Shown: positions 33,472-42,511, counted from the first letter of the stretch. The stretch is DNA of 64,000 nt from an uncultured Clostridia bacterium (GCA_904419495.1 CAJFRV010000003.1:5178-69177); one strand, 5' to 3'. The notes: generated by a model from the letters alone, not told the origin. A program made the numbers and translations.

Positions 33472-34731
33472 ATGAAAAAAGTATTTTATAAGATACTAGG
33501 GGGACTAATTGTTATCATATTTATATTACAATATAATATGATTGTATATGCAAATGAAATAACCGATTTGCAAAATGAACAGTCAAATAACCAAAAAAAG
33601 ATAGATGAGACAAAAGAACAAAAAGATCAAGTTTCTCAAGAAAAGAATGATGTACAGAAACAGGTAGATGAATTAAATAGTCAAATATCTGAGTATGAAA
33701 ATCAAATAGCAAATCTAGACTATAAAATAAATGATTTAAATACACAGATAACAGATGCACAAAATAAGATAAATGAAAAACAAGAAAATTATGATAAACA
33801 ACAAGAATTGTTAGAAAAAAGGTTAGTAGCAACCTATGAAGCAGGAGAAACATCTTTTTTAGATGTATTACTTTCTTCTGAAAGTTTGACAGATTTGATT
33901 TCAAACTATTATTATATATCTCAAATTGCTGATGCAGATATAAGTTTAATGGAAAAAATAGATAATGAGAAGAAAGAAATTGAAGAGGCCAAGACAACTT
34001 TAGAAAATAGTAAAAAAGAACTAGATAATTCTAAGGTTGAAAAAGAGAGTAAATCTGTACAGCTACAAACTGCAAAAAATGAAAAAAGTAAATATGTATC
34101 ACAATTATCACAAGAAGAACAAGATTTACAAAAAGAAATAGATGAACTAACACGAGATAATCAACAAATATTGAACGATATAAAAGTAGCACAAGAAAAA
34201 TATAAAAAACAATTAGAAGAGTTAGCAAATAAAAAGCCATCAACTGGCGGTTCAACAAATAGTGGATCTGGATCTACTTCTTCAAATGGAGGATCAACTA
34301 GTGGTACTTCTAATTCAGGAGGATTTATTAGGCCAGTAAATGGAGGTACAATTACATGTAATGGATATTATTCAAGTGGTAAATTTCATGGTGCTATTGA
34401 TTATGGAGTGAATATAGGAACACCAGTCTATGCGGCAGCAGATGGAGTTGTATTAACAACAAAAAGCATAACAACAAGCTATGGAACATATGTAGTTATA
34501 CAACATGCAAATGGTTTACAAACATGGTATGCACATGGTACACCCGGATCAATTTGCGTATCACAGGGACAAATAGTATCACAAGGGCAAATGATTATGA
34601 AAAGTGGAAATTCAGGAAATTCAGGAGGACCACATTTACATTTTGAAGTAAGAAAAGCACCTTATACATATAGTTATAGTGCTACAAAATATGGGGATGA
34701 TTGTAGAGTGGATCCAAAATTATATTTTTAG
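33472..34731 (+). CDS. secreted coiled-coil M23 peptidase, paralogue 3
   Basis: Same architecture plus a G/S/T linker; motifs HGAIDY, YAHGTPGS and GPHLHFEVR. The coiled coil is very similar to paralogue 2 (QQELLEKRLVATYEAGETS.LDVLLSS). Confidence 0.85.
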   Translation: MKKVFYKILGGLIVIIFILQYNMIVYANEITDLQNEQSNNQKKIDETKEQKDQVSQEKNDVQKQVDELNSQISEYENQIANLDYKINDLNTQITDAQNKINEKQENYDKQQELLEKRLVATYEAGETSFLDVLLSSESLTDLISNYYYISQIADADISLMEKIDNEKKEIEEAKTTLENSKKELDNSKVEKESKSVQLQTAKNEKSKYVSQLSQEEQDLQKEIDELTRDNQQILNDIKVAQEKYKKQLEELANKKPSTGGSTNSGSGSTSSNGGSTSGTSNSGGFIRPVNGGTITCNGYYSSGKFHGAIDYGVNIGTPVYAAADGVVLTTKSITTSYGTYVVIQHANGLQTWYAHGTPGSICVSQGQIVSQGQMIMKSGNSGNSGGPHLHFEVRKAPYTYSYSATKYGDDCRVDPKLYF

Positions 34732-34753
34732 ATTTAGATAATAGATAAAAAGA

Positions 34754-34787
34754 GGGATTTAGGAATATTCCTTAAATCCTTCTTTTT
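34754..34787 (+). terminator. terminator candidate after the M23 trio
   Basis: gggatttagg / ccttaaatcc stem (one bulge) with aatatt loop, followed by TTCTTTTT. Confidence 0.5.
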
Positions 34788-34852
34788 GGAATTTGTAATT
34801 GGATTGTGAAATATAATAGATAAAGAACATGAAAACGAAAGGAAGGAAAACA

Positions 34853-36070
34853 ATGGAAGAAAAGAAGAGATATAAAGTATATAGGACAATCATGTTAATT
34901 GTTTTAGTTGTATTTATAACCTTTATACTAACATCAGTTGGATTTTATCAATATTTTGTGAAAGGAGATAGTTTAAATAAATACTTAACCCTCATGACAT
35001 CTGATAAGAGTCAGGATATTTCACAAACACTAGATACATACCATTCTCTAATTGAAAAATATTACTTAGGAGAAATAAATGAAGAGGACTTAAAAGAAGG
35101 AGCAATAAAAGGATACATAGAAGGACTAAATGATCCATATACAGAATATATTTCAAAAGAAGATATGCAAGATTATTTAGAAGATACAATGGGAAATTTT
35201 GTTGGAATTGGTATATATATGGTACAAGATACAGAATCTAATAGAATCATGGTATTAGCACCTATTAAAAATAGTCCGGCAGAAAAAGCAGGAATCCAAC
35301 CGGGAGATTTGATTTTATCTGTAAATGGTGAAGAATGTACAGCAGAAGATATGACAGCGATTTCAACAAAAATAAAAGGAGAAGAAGGAACAACTGTTAA
35401 ACTACAAATTTTAAGAGGGGAAAAAACACTTGATTTTGAAATTAAAAGAGAAAATGTAATCGTAAATCCTGTTGAAGGAGAAGTTTTAGAAAATCATATA
35501 GGTTATATAGAATTTTCTTCATTTGATGAAAATACAGCAGAAGAATTTAAAACAAAGTTTGAAGAATTACAATCACAAGGAATTACTTCATTAATTATTG
35601 ATTTAAGAAATAATGGTGGAGGAATTGTTGATGAAGCATTACAAATAGCAGGATATATTGCAGATAAGGATTCTGTACTATTATATGAGGTAGATAAAGA
35701 TAACAATGAAACAGTAGAAAAAAATGAAAACAATCCGATTATCAATATGCCAGTAATTATATTGACAAATGAAAATACGGCTAGTTCATCCGAGATATTA
35801 GCAGGAGCATTAAAAGATTTAGGAAAGGCAAAAACAGTAGGAACAACAACTTATGGAAAAGGTGTTATTCAACAAATTTTAACACTTCCAGATGGTAGTG
35901 GATTAAAAATAACAACGGAAAAATATTTAACACCAAATAGAACAGAAATTAATAAAGTAGGAATAGAACCAAATGAAACAGTAAAATTACCAGAAGATGT
36001 AGAAAATGTATTAAATGTAGATAGAAGTCAAGATACACAATTACAGAAAGCAATGGAGATGTTAAAATAA
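34853..36070 (+). CDS. ctpA: S41 carboxy-terminal processing protease
   Basis: TM anchor, PDZ domain (SPAEKAGIQPGDLILSVNGE) and S41 catalytic region LIIDLRNNGGG...TASSSEILAGALKD...GKG. Start at ATG 34853, behind AAAGGAAGG. Confidence 0.85.
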   Translation: MEEKKRYKVYRTIMLIVLVVFITFILTSVGFYQYFVKGDSLNKYLTLMTSDKSQDISQTLDTYHSLIEKYYLGEINEEDLKEGAIKGYIEGLNDPYTEYISKEDMQDYLEDTMGNFVGIGIYMVQDTESNRIMVLAPIKNSPAEKAGIQPGDLILSVNGEECTAEDMTAISTKIKGEEGTTVKLQILRGEKTLDFEIKRENVIVNPVEGEVLENHIGYIEFSSFDENTAEEFKTKFEELQSQGITSLIIDLRNNGGGIVDEALQIAGYIADKDSVLLYEVDKDNNETVEKNENNPIINMPVIILTNENTASSSEILAGALKDLGKAKTVGTTTYGKGVIQQILTLPDGSGLKITTEKYLTPNRTEINKVGIEPNETVKLPEDVENVLNVDRSQDTQLQKAMEMLK

Positions 36071-36091
36071 AAAATAAAGGGGAGAAATCTT

Positions 36092-36685
36092 ATGAACTTA
36101 CCAAATAAGTTAACAATATTTAGAATGATCCTAGTTCCGATTATGGTAATCATACCATTTTTCGGAATAGATGGGAATTTATGGGGAATACCTATTACTT
36201 ATTTAATCATTGATTTTGTATTTATATTGGCTTCATTAACAGATAAATTGGATGGCTATATAGCCAGAAGTAGAAACCAAGTAACAGCATTTGGAAAATT
36301 TTTAGATCCATTAGCAGATAAAATTTTAGTATTAGCAGCAATGCTTATGTTAGTCGAAATGGGAAAATTACCAGCATGGATTCCTATTATTGTATTAGCA
36401 AGAGAATTTTTGGTATCAGGATATCGTTTAGTAGCTGTTGAAAAAGGTGGAGAAGTAATTGCAGCTTCTAAATGGGGAAAACTAAAAACAGTAACACAAA
36501 TGATAGCTATTATTTTAGCCTTTTTAGATTTACATGCTTTTGGAGTATGTTTTACAGGAACTTTACAAGGAGCAGATTTTGTATTAAATCTAGTAGTTAC
36601 AGTTATGATGATTATACAAACAATAGCAACTATATTTTCTGGAATAGATTACATGAGAGGTATAAAAAAATATATGAAAGATTAA
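36092..36685 (+). CDS. pgsA: CDP-diacylglycerol--glycerol-3-phosphate 3-phosphatidyltransferase
   Basis: CDP-alcohol phosphotransferase motif DKLDGYIARSRNQVTAFGKFLDPLADK. Confidence 0.9.
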   Translation: MNLPNKLTIFRMILVPIMVIIPFFGIDGNLWGIPITYLIIDFVFILASLTDKLDGYIARSRNQVTAFGKFLDPLADKILVLAAMLMLVEMGKLPAWIPIIVLAREFLVSGYRLVAVEKGGEVIAASKWGKLKTVTQMIAIILAFLDLHAFGVCFTGTLQGADFVLNLVVTVMMIIQTIATIFSGIDYMRGIKKYMKD

Positions 36686-36691
36686 TTAGAA

Positions 36692-36724
36692 AAAATGAAA
36701 TTTGTATTGACAAATTTCATTTTC
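36692..36724 (+). terminator. terminator after pgsA
   Basis: aaaatgaaatttg / caaatttcatttt 13-bp stem with a 6-nt loop. Confidence 0.6.
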
Positions 36725-36733
36725 TGCCGTAAT

Positions 36734-36796
36734 ATAAGAAAAGTGGCTTCGCTATATGTGCAAAATTGCTTTGCAATTATTGCACGAATATAAGAA
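36734..36796 (+). repeat. greA-upstream repeat unit A (contains a 12-bp hairpin)
   Basis: ataagaaaagtggcttcgctatatgtgcaaaattgctttgcaattattgcacgaatataagaa. It is repeated 130 bp downstream with 7 substitutions and 1 indel. Confidence 0.8.
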
Positions 36797-36810
36797 ACTT
36801 AACCTTGTTA

Positions 36811-36858
36811 TATACGGAAAAATCTTATATAGGGTCAAGATAAAAGTTGATTTTTCCT
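36811..36858 (+). repeat. interspersed ~50-nt repeat, copy 2
   Basis: tatacggaaaaatcttatatagggtcaagataaaagttgatttttcct. The stem is ggaaaaatc/gatttttcc. It lies between greA-upstream units A and B. Confidence 0.8.
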
Positions 36859-36863
36859 ATATA

Positions 36864-36925
36864 ATAAGAAAAGTGGCTTTGCCATATGTGTAAAATTGTT
36901 TCACAATTATTGCATGAATATAGAA
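36864..36925 (+). repeat. greA-upstream repeat unit B
   Basis: ataagaaaagtggctttgccatatgtgtaaaattgtttcacaattattgcatgaatatagaa. It ends 21 nt before the greA start. Confidence 0.8.
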
Positions 36926-36946
36926 GCAATTCAAGGAGGAATTACT

Positions 36947-37423
36947 ATGGAAGAAAAAGAAGTTATATTAACACAAGAAGGGTATAATAATTTAGAAAAG
37001 GAATTAAATTTTTTAAAAACGGAGAAAAGAGCAGATATAGCAGATAGAATAAAAGTAGCATTAGGATTCGGTGATTTATCAGAAAATTCAGAATATGATG
37101 AAGCAAAAAATGCTCAAGCAGAAAATGAAGTAAAGATTGCTGAATTAGAAAATAAATTAAGACATGCCAAAATTATTGATGAAAAAGATATAGATACAGA
37201 AACTGTTCAAATTGGTAATAAAGTAAAAGTATTAGATGTTGAATTTGATGAAAAAATTGAATATACAATAGTGGGATCAACAGAAGTAAACTTAGCTGAA
37301 AATAAAATATCAAATGAATCACCATTAGGAGAAGCATTATTGGGAGCTAAGAAAAACCAAACTGTTGAAGTAAATGCACCAGCAGGTGTTATGAAGTATA
37401 AAATATTATCAATAAAAAAATAA
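36947..37423 (+). CDS. greA: transcription elongation factor GreA
   Basis: MEEKEVILTQEGYNNLEKELNFLK...DLSENSEYDEAKNAQ. Start at ATG 36947, behind AAGGAGG. Confidence 0.92.
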   Translation: MEEKEVILTQEGYNNLEKELNFLKTEKRADIADRIKVALGFGDLSENSEYDEAKNAQAENEVKIAELENKLRHAKIIDEKDIDTETVQIGNKVKVLDVEFDEKIEYTIVGSTEVNLAENKISNESPLGEALLGAKKNQTVEVNAPAGVMKYKILSIKK

Positions 37424-37460
37424 ATGATGGAAACATGCAAAATTGTTCTAAATTGGAAAT

Positions 37461-37519
37461 AAAAACACAAAATAGTAGAAATATGCAATGACAATATATC
37501 ATACTATTTTGTGTTTTTT
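37461..37519. terminator. bidirectional terminator between greA and deoD
   Basis: aaaaacacaaaatagta / tactattttgtgttttt 17-bp stem flanked by an A-run and a T-run. Confidence 0.75.
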
Positions 37520-37565
37520 AGTATATAAAAATATTTAAATCGTTTTAGAATTTATTAATATTTAG

Positions 37566-38294
37566 CTATATAATTAAACTACTATCTAAAGCAATTTTAA
37601 TCATATTATCTAAACCTTGCTCTCTTTCTTCAGGAGTAGCAGCTTGGGTTTTAAATCTTGAATCTACAACTGTCATTAGGCAAGTTGCTTTTTTGTTTAA
37701 GAGTTTTGCATTATAGCATAAAGCAAAAGCCTCCATTTCAGCACTTAAAGGATTAAAATCTTTAGGTATTCTATTCATAAATTGGTTAAAATCATTTTGG
37801 GTCATATATGGATCAAAGCAATCACTACATATTGTATTTCCTTCAATAATTTTTATATCATTTTTAAGAGCTGTTTCTTTTATTTTTTCATTTAGTTCCA
37901 TATTTGCATCTATCATATGACAATTTTCATTATGAAATGTAAAAGCAAAATTACTTTCACTAAAAATTGACTTGGACAAAATGATATCAAATAAATTTAA
38001 TTCAGGAACATAAGCACCACAAGATCCAATTCTAATAATATTTTCAACCTCATAAAATTTAAACAATTCATAAGAATAAATTCCCATACTAGGCATTCCC
38101 ATACCAGAGGCCATAATGGTTATTTCTTTTCCTTTATAATTTCCTGTATATGCATAAATATTTCTTACTTGATTTACCAATTTGTAATTATCTAAAAATT
38201 TTTCAGCAATATGTTTTGCACGAAGTGGATCCCCCGGCATGATGACTGTTTTTGCGATATCTCCTAAATTTGCTTCATTATGTGGTGTAGACAT
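37566..38294 (-). CDS. deoD: purine nucleoside phosphorylase, DeoD type
   Basis: MSTPHNEANLGDIAKTVIMPGDPLRAKHIAEKFL matches the DeoD N-terminus. Start at the ATG ending at 38294, 7 nt after AGGAGG. Confidence 0.9.
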   Translation of the reverse strand: MSTPHNEANLGDIAKTVIMPGDPLRAKHIAEKFLDNYKLVNQVRNIYAYTGNYKGKEITIMASGMGMPSMGIYSYELFKFYEVENIIRIGSCGAYVPELNLFDIILSKSIFSESNFAFTFHNENCHMIDANMELNEKIKETALKNDIKIIEGNTICSDCFDPYMTQNDFNQFMNRIPKDFNPLSAEMEAFALCYNAKLLNKKATCLMTVVDSRFKTQAATPEEREQGLDNMIKIALDSSLII

Positions 38295-38652
38295 AGTTTT
38301 ACCTCCTATTAAAAAATACATATTTAATATGTTTGAAAATAGTATGAATAAAATTAGTTAAATTATTCAGCTGATAGAAATTATTGTAATATAAATTTAG
38401 AAATAGTATAACAATAATATGTTAAAAAAGCAATAAAAAAATATATAATATGAGACAATGCCAATTATGAGGGGGACACCACATTAAAATATAAAGTAAA
38501 AAATTACGAAATTAAAAATGTAGCTTAGTTACTAAATATATCTCCATTATTGGCAGATATATTTATAGTATATTAGAAAATAACTGGATTTGTAAAGAAG
38601 AAACGCTACCATAAAGAGCAAGCAAGATAAATAATGATAAACAAAATTAGAA

Positions 38653-38681
38653 TTGACTTTTATAGATAAACATAATATAAT
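38653..38681 (+). promoter_or_regulatory. promoter candidate for argS
   Basis: TTGACT (38653-38658), 17-nt spacer, TATAAT (38676-38681). Confidence 0.55.
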
Positions 38682-38783
38682 TTTGTCATAAAAAAGGAAA
38701 TAACTTTTGAAGCAGGTTAAAAAGATTAAAATAAAAGTGAAACTTTAAAATTATTCCTAAAGTTCACAGAAGGGAAGGAAAAT

Positions 38784-40493
38784 ATGATAGATTTTAAACA
38801 GAGAATTGCAAAAGCTGTGGCAGAAGTAGTTAACATAGATGAGAAAGAATTAGAAAGTTATATTGAAATACCAAAAGATACAAATAATGGAGATTATGCA
38901 TTTCCATGTTTCCGATTAGCAAAAGAATTAAAAAAAGCACCACCATTAATTGCAAATGATATCAGAGAGAAAATGTCAATTGATGGAACAATCATAGAAA
39001 AAGTAGAAGTAGTAGGAGGGTACTTAAACTTCTATATTTATCAAGAACAAATGGCAAAAGAAGTATTAACAGAAATTGCTAATCAAGATGAATATGGAAA
39101 ATCAGAAATTGGAAAAGGAAAAAATATCGTTATAGATTATTCAGCACCCAATATTGCAAAACCATTTCATATAGGACACTTACGTTCGACAGTAATTGGT
39201 GGAGCTTTATACAATGTTTATCAATATCTAGGTTATCATACTATTGGTATTAATCATTTAGGGGATTATGGAACACAATTTGGAAAACTAATTGAAGGAT
39301 ACAAATTATGGGGAAAAGAATATAATGTAGAAGAAGATCCAATTAATGAATTAACAAAAATATATATTCGTATTAATCAGTTATGTAAAGAAGATGAAAA
39401 AGTTTTAGAACAATGTAGGATGAATTTTAAATTGCTAGAAGATGGAGATCCATATTGTACAGAAATTTGGGAAAAATTCAGAAAATTAAGTTTAAAAGAA
39501 TTCCAAAAAGTGTATGATTTGTTAGGAAGTCATTTTGATTCATGGAATGGAGAGGCTTTTTATTCAGATAAAATGCCAGAAGTTATTGAAATATTAGAAA
39601 AAACAGGAAAATTAATAGAATCACAAGGAGCTAAAATTATAGACTTAGAGGATAAAGGAATTAATACACCATGTATAATTCAAAAATCAAATGGATCAAC
39701 AACTTATGCGACTAGAGATTTAGCAGCCATTTTATATAGAGCAAGAACTTATGATTTTGATAAAGCATTGTATGTAGTATCATATGAGCAAACCTTACAT
39801 TTTAAACAAGTATTTGAAGTGGCAAAATTACTGGGTATAGAAGAAAAGTATACAAAAGGATTAAAACATGTACCATTTGGTATGGTGTCATTACCAACAG
39901 GGAAAATGTCAACAAGAGAAGGTAATATTGTTAAATTAGAAGAATTATTAAACGAAGCTGTAGCAAGAGCAAAAGAGATAATAGAAGAAAAAAATCCTCA
40001 ACTAGAAAATAAAGAAGAAGTAGCAAAAAAAGTAGGAGTAGGAGCGGTTATCTTTAATGATTTAGCAAATAGCAGAATAAAGGATGAAATATTTGATTGG
40101 AATCAAATATTAAACTTCCAAGGAGAAACAGGACCATATGTACAATATACCTATGTACGTACAAAAAGTGTTTTAGAAAAAGCAGGGGATATACCAGTAA
40201 TAGAAGAAATTAAATTTGACAAATTACTAGATGAATCATCAAAAAATATTATAAAAATATTATACAATTTTGAAAACACATTAATACAAGTAACTGAAAA
40301 AGAAGAACCATCAATATTATCAAGATATCTAATTGATTTAGCAAAAGCATTTAGTAATTTCTACAATGATAACAAAATACTAGTAGAAGATAAAGATATG
40401 CAAAAGGCTAGAATTTATCTAACATTTGCAGTTGGAAAAGTATTGAAAATAGGTGCTAAGTTATTAGGAATTGAAATGCCAAATAAAATGTAA
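38784..40493 (+). CDS. argS: arginine--tRNA ligase
   Basis: 569 aa with the class I HIGH motif (PNIAKPFHIGHLRS), KMSTREG (KMSKS-like) and a C-terminal DALR anticodon-binding domain. Confidence 0.93.
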   Translation: MIDFKQRIAKAVAEVVNIDEKELESYIEIPKDTNNGDYAFPCFRLAKELKKAPPLIANDIREKMSIDGTIIEKVEVVGGYLNFYIYQEQMAKEVLTEIANQDEYGKSEIGKGKNIVIDYSAPNIAKPFHIGHLRSTVIGGALYNVYQYLGYHTIGINHLGDYGTQFGKLIEGYKLWGKEYNVEEDPINELTKIYIRINQLCKEDEKVLEQCRMNFKLLEDGDPYCTEIWEKFRKLSLKEFQKVYDLLGSHFDSWNGEAFYSDKMPEVIEILEKTGKLIESQGAKIIDLEDKGINTPCIIQKSNGSTTYATRDLAAILYRARTYDFDKALYVVSYEQTLHFKQVFEVAKLLGIEEKYTKGLKHVPFGMVSLPTGKMSTREGNIVKLEELLNEAVARAKEIIEEKNPQLENKEEVAKKVGVGAVIFNDLANSRIKDEIFDWNQILNFQGETGPYVQYTYVRTKSVLEKAGDIPVIEEIKFDKLLDESSKNIIKILYNFENTLIQVTEKEEPSILSRYLIDLAKAFSNFYNDNKILVEDKDMQKARIYLTFAVGKVLKIGAKLLGIEMPNKM

Positions 40494-40637
40494 AAAAGGT
40501 GTACAATATGATGTTGGATAAAGATCAATTTTTTCTAGACAATAAAAAGTAAAAAAAAGAAGATATTGTTTAATAAAATGAGAAAAATAAAGCTAATACA
40601 TCATATATTACCAAAAATTAACAAAAAAACACTTGCC

Positions 40638-40687
40638 AAACATAGATGAACATGTTAAAATGCAGACATGATTTATCTATGTTTTTT
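40638..40687 (+). terminator. terminator candidate after argS
   Basis: aaacatagat / atctatgttt 10-bp stem with a 27-nt loop, followed by TTTTTTG. Confidence 0.45.
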
Positions 40688-40838
40688 GTAGGTAAAAAGA
40701 TATATTTAATTTCTTGAATTTTAAATCATATTTAGTTTGTTTCAATTAAATGAATTTTTTCGTGATATTTCAAACTGATGTATTAATATAGTTAATACGA
40801 TCTAATTTAATAATTTTTATTCGAAAGGAGGGATTTTG

Positions 40839-41228
40839 ATGATAAATAATTTTGATGATTTATGGAGCAAAATGCAAATAGAATTTAATAAAATAAATAA
40901 AAGATTTGCAGAGATAGATGAAAGATTTACAGAGATAGATGAAAAATTTACAAATCTAGAAAATAGAACAGAAGAAAAGTTTGGAAATTTAGAAAATAAA
41001 ATAGAAGAAGGATTTGCAAAAGCAGACAAAAGATTTGAAAATCTAGAAAACAAAATAGATATTGTTACCAATGTAAATTTGGCTCAAATCTTAAATGAAC
41101 AAACAAGAACTAGAAATGAAATTACAAAGAAATTAGACGAGTATATTACAAAAAATGAATTTGAGCATAAAAGATTTGACTATAAACTAGCAGAGTTAGA
41201 AATGAAATTCGGATATACAGCCAAATAA
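40839..41228 (+). CDS. hypothetical coiled-coil protein built from tandem (R/K)F..(I/L)(D/E) repeats
   Basis: 129 aa behind AAGGAGGG. It contains RFAEIDE-RFTEIDE-KFTNLENRTEE-KFGNLENKIEE-GFAKADK-RFENLENKIDI and has no TM or signal peptide. Confidence 0.6.
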   Translation: MINNFDDLWSKMQIEFNKINKRFAEIDERFTEIDEKFTNLENRTEEKFGNLENKIEEGFAKADKRFENLENKIDIVTNVNLAQILNEQTRTRNEITKKLDEYITKNEFEHKRFDYKLAELEMKFGYTAK

Positions 41229-41268
41229 TTGAACATAAATATATAACAAGAAATATAGATAAATTAGA

Positions 41269-41329
41269 AAAAAGGAAGCTTGAAAGTTATCTTTTTTAGA
41301 AAAGATAAAAATAGAAGACTTCCTTTTTG
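41269..41329 (+). terminator. two-tier terminator hairpin
   Basis: Outer stem aaaaaggaag / cttccttttt and inner stem ttatctttt / aaaagataa, with a T-run at the end. Confidence 0.55.
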
Positions 41330-41386
41330 TATTATTTGGTAAATATAACATGAAGAATGAGATATTTAATAAAATTTGGAAAAAAC

Positions 41387-41415
41387 TTGTAAAAAAAAAT
41401 AGATAATAGTATAAT
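41387..41415 (+). promoter_or_regulatory. promoter of the EPS locus with an A9 tract in the -35/spacer
   Basis: TTGTAA (41387-41392), 17-nt spacer, TATAAT (41410-41415). The A9 run is at 41391-41399. Confidence 0.5.
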
Positions 41416-41467
41416 ATGAAAGGAAAGATAATAAGATAAAAAATAGAATACATAAGGAGAGATAAAA

Positions 41468-42511
41468 ATGAGTAAAAATCAAGAAAAATCAGGAAGAAAA
41501 GGATTAAAGATATTTGGGATTATTGTATTAATATTAGTGATTTTATTAGTTTTAATAGTAGGAAGCTTATTTATGTTTATTAATAATAAATTAAGTAAAA
41601 TACAACAGGTAGAGATTGATGAATCTGATTTAAGTGTGTCTTCTCAAGTAGAGGAAAACTTATCAGGATATAGAAATATTGCTCTATTTGGAATTGACAG
41701 CCGAGATAGTAGCTTAGGTAAAGGAAATAGAAGTGATTGCATTATTATTGCAAGTATTAATAATGACACAAAAGAAGTAAAATTAATATCTGTATATAGG
41801 GATACCTATGTAAATATAGAAGGACATGGGTTAGATAAGATAACACATGCCTATTCATATGGAGAAGCACCATTGGCAATTAAAACATTAAATGAAAATT
41901 TTGATCTAAATATAACAGAATTTGCAACAGTAAATTTTGATGCAGTTGCAGAAGCAATTAATGCATTAGGTGGGGTTACAATAGACGTTCAACCAGAAGA
42001 AGTAAAATATATAAATAGTTACATAGATGAAACATCAAAAGTAACAGGATTAACGACAGAAAAAGTTAAATCATCAGGAGCACAAACTTTAGATGGAGTC
42101 CAAGCTGTTGCTTATTCAAGAATTCGTTATACAGAAGGTGGAGATTATAAAAGAGCAGAAAGAATGAGGACAGTTGTAGAAGCAATGGTAGAAAAATTCA
42201 AAACAAAAAGTATCGGAGAAATGAATCAAATCATTGATAAAGTTTTACCAGAAGTATATACCAATATTACAGCAAGTGATATTTTTTCATTGTTACCAAG
42301 TGTAGCAAGTTTTAAAGTAACGGATAGTATAGGATGGCCTTATGAAACGAAAGGAATTACATTAGATAGATGGTATGGTGTACCAGTTACATTAGAAAGT
42401 AATGTAAAGAAATTACATGAAGAAGCTTTTGGAGAAACAGATTATGTACCATCAGATAGAGTAAAAGAAATAAGTAATCAAATTATTGAAAAAACAGGTT
42501 ATACTAATTAG
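41468..42511 (+). CDS. LytR-CpsA-Psr (LCP) family glycopolymer transferase
   Basis: N-terminal TM and LCP motifs LFGIDSRD, RSDCIIIASIN, SVYRDTYV and LDKITHAYSYG. Confidence 0.88.
   Translation: MSKNQEKSGRKGLKIFGIIVLILVILLVLIVGSLFMFINNKLSKIQQVEIDESDLSVSSQVEENLSGYRNIALFGIDSRDSSLGKGNRSDCIIIASINNDTKEVKLISVYRDTYVNIEGHGLDKITHAYSYGEAPLAIKTLNENFDLNITEFATVNFDAVAEAINALGGVTIDVQPEEVKYINSYIDETSKVTGLTTEKVKSSGAQTLDGVQAVAYSRIRYTEGGDYKRAERMRTVVEAMVEKFKTKSIGEMNQIIDKVLPEVYTNITASDIFSLLPSVASFKVTDSIGWPYETKGITLDRWYGVPVTLESNVKKLHEEAFGETDYVPSDRVKEISNQIIEKTGYTN

Noticed and set aside
36472-36732. 86-aa + strand ORF overlapping the end of pgsA
   Set aside because: It is an alternative frame of a well-supported gene and runs through the pgsA terminator. 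It has no SD.
36755-36892. Possible small ORFs starting at the ATG inside each greA-upstream repeat unit (MCKIALQLLHEYKK... and MCKIVSQLLHEYRS...)
   Set aside because: There is no SD upstream of either ATG. The substitutions between copies are not biased toward synonymous changes but do preserve base pairing, so an RNA or DNA structural element fits better.
38322-38783. I looked for a T-box leader upstream of argS and a purine riboswitch upstream of deoD in this 460-bp divergent region
   Set aside because: I found no T-box core (GGGTGGTACCGCG-like), specifier-loop architecture or purine-riboswitch core (TATAATCGCG...CCGTAAAT-like). Only promoter-like hexamers and a short hairpin (gtgaaacttta/taaagttcac, 38735-38766) are present.
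40508-40552. 14-codon ORF (MMLDKDQFFLDNKK) just after argS, with an AAGGTG 6 nt upstream
   Set aside because: It is too short and unconstrained to support. It lies between the argS stop and its terminator, and I can assess no conservation.
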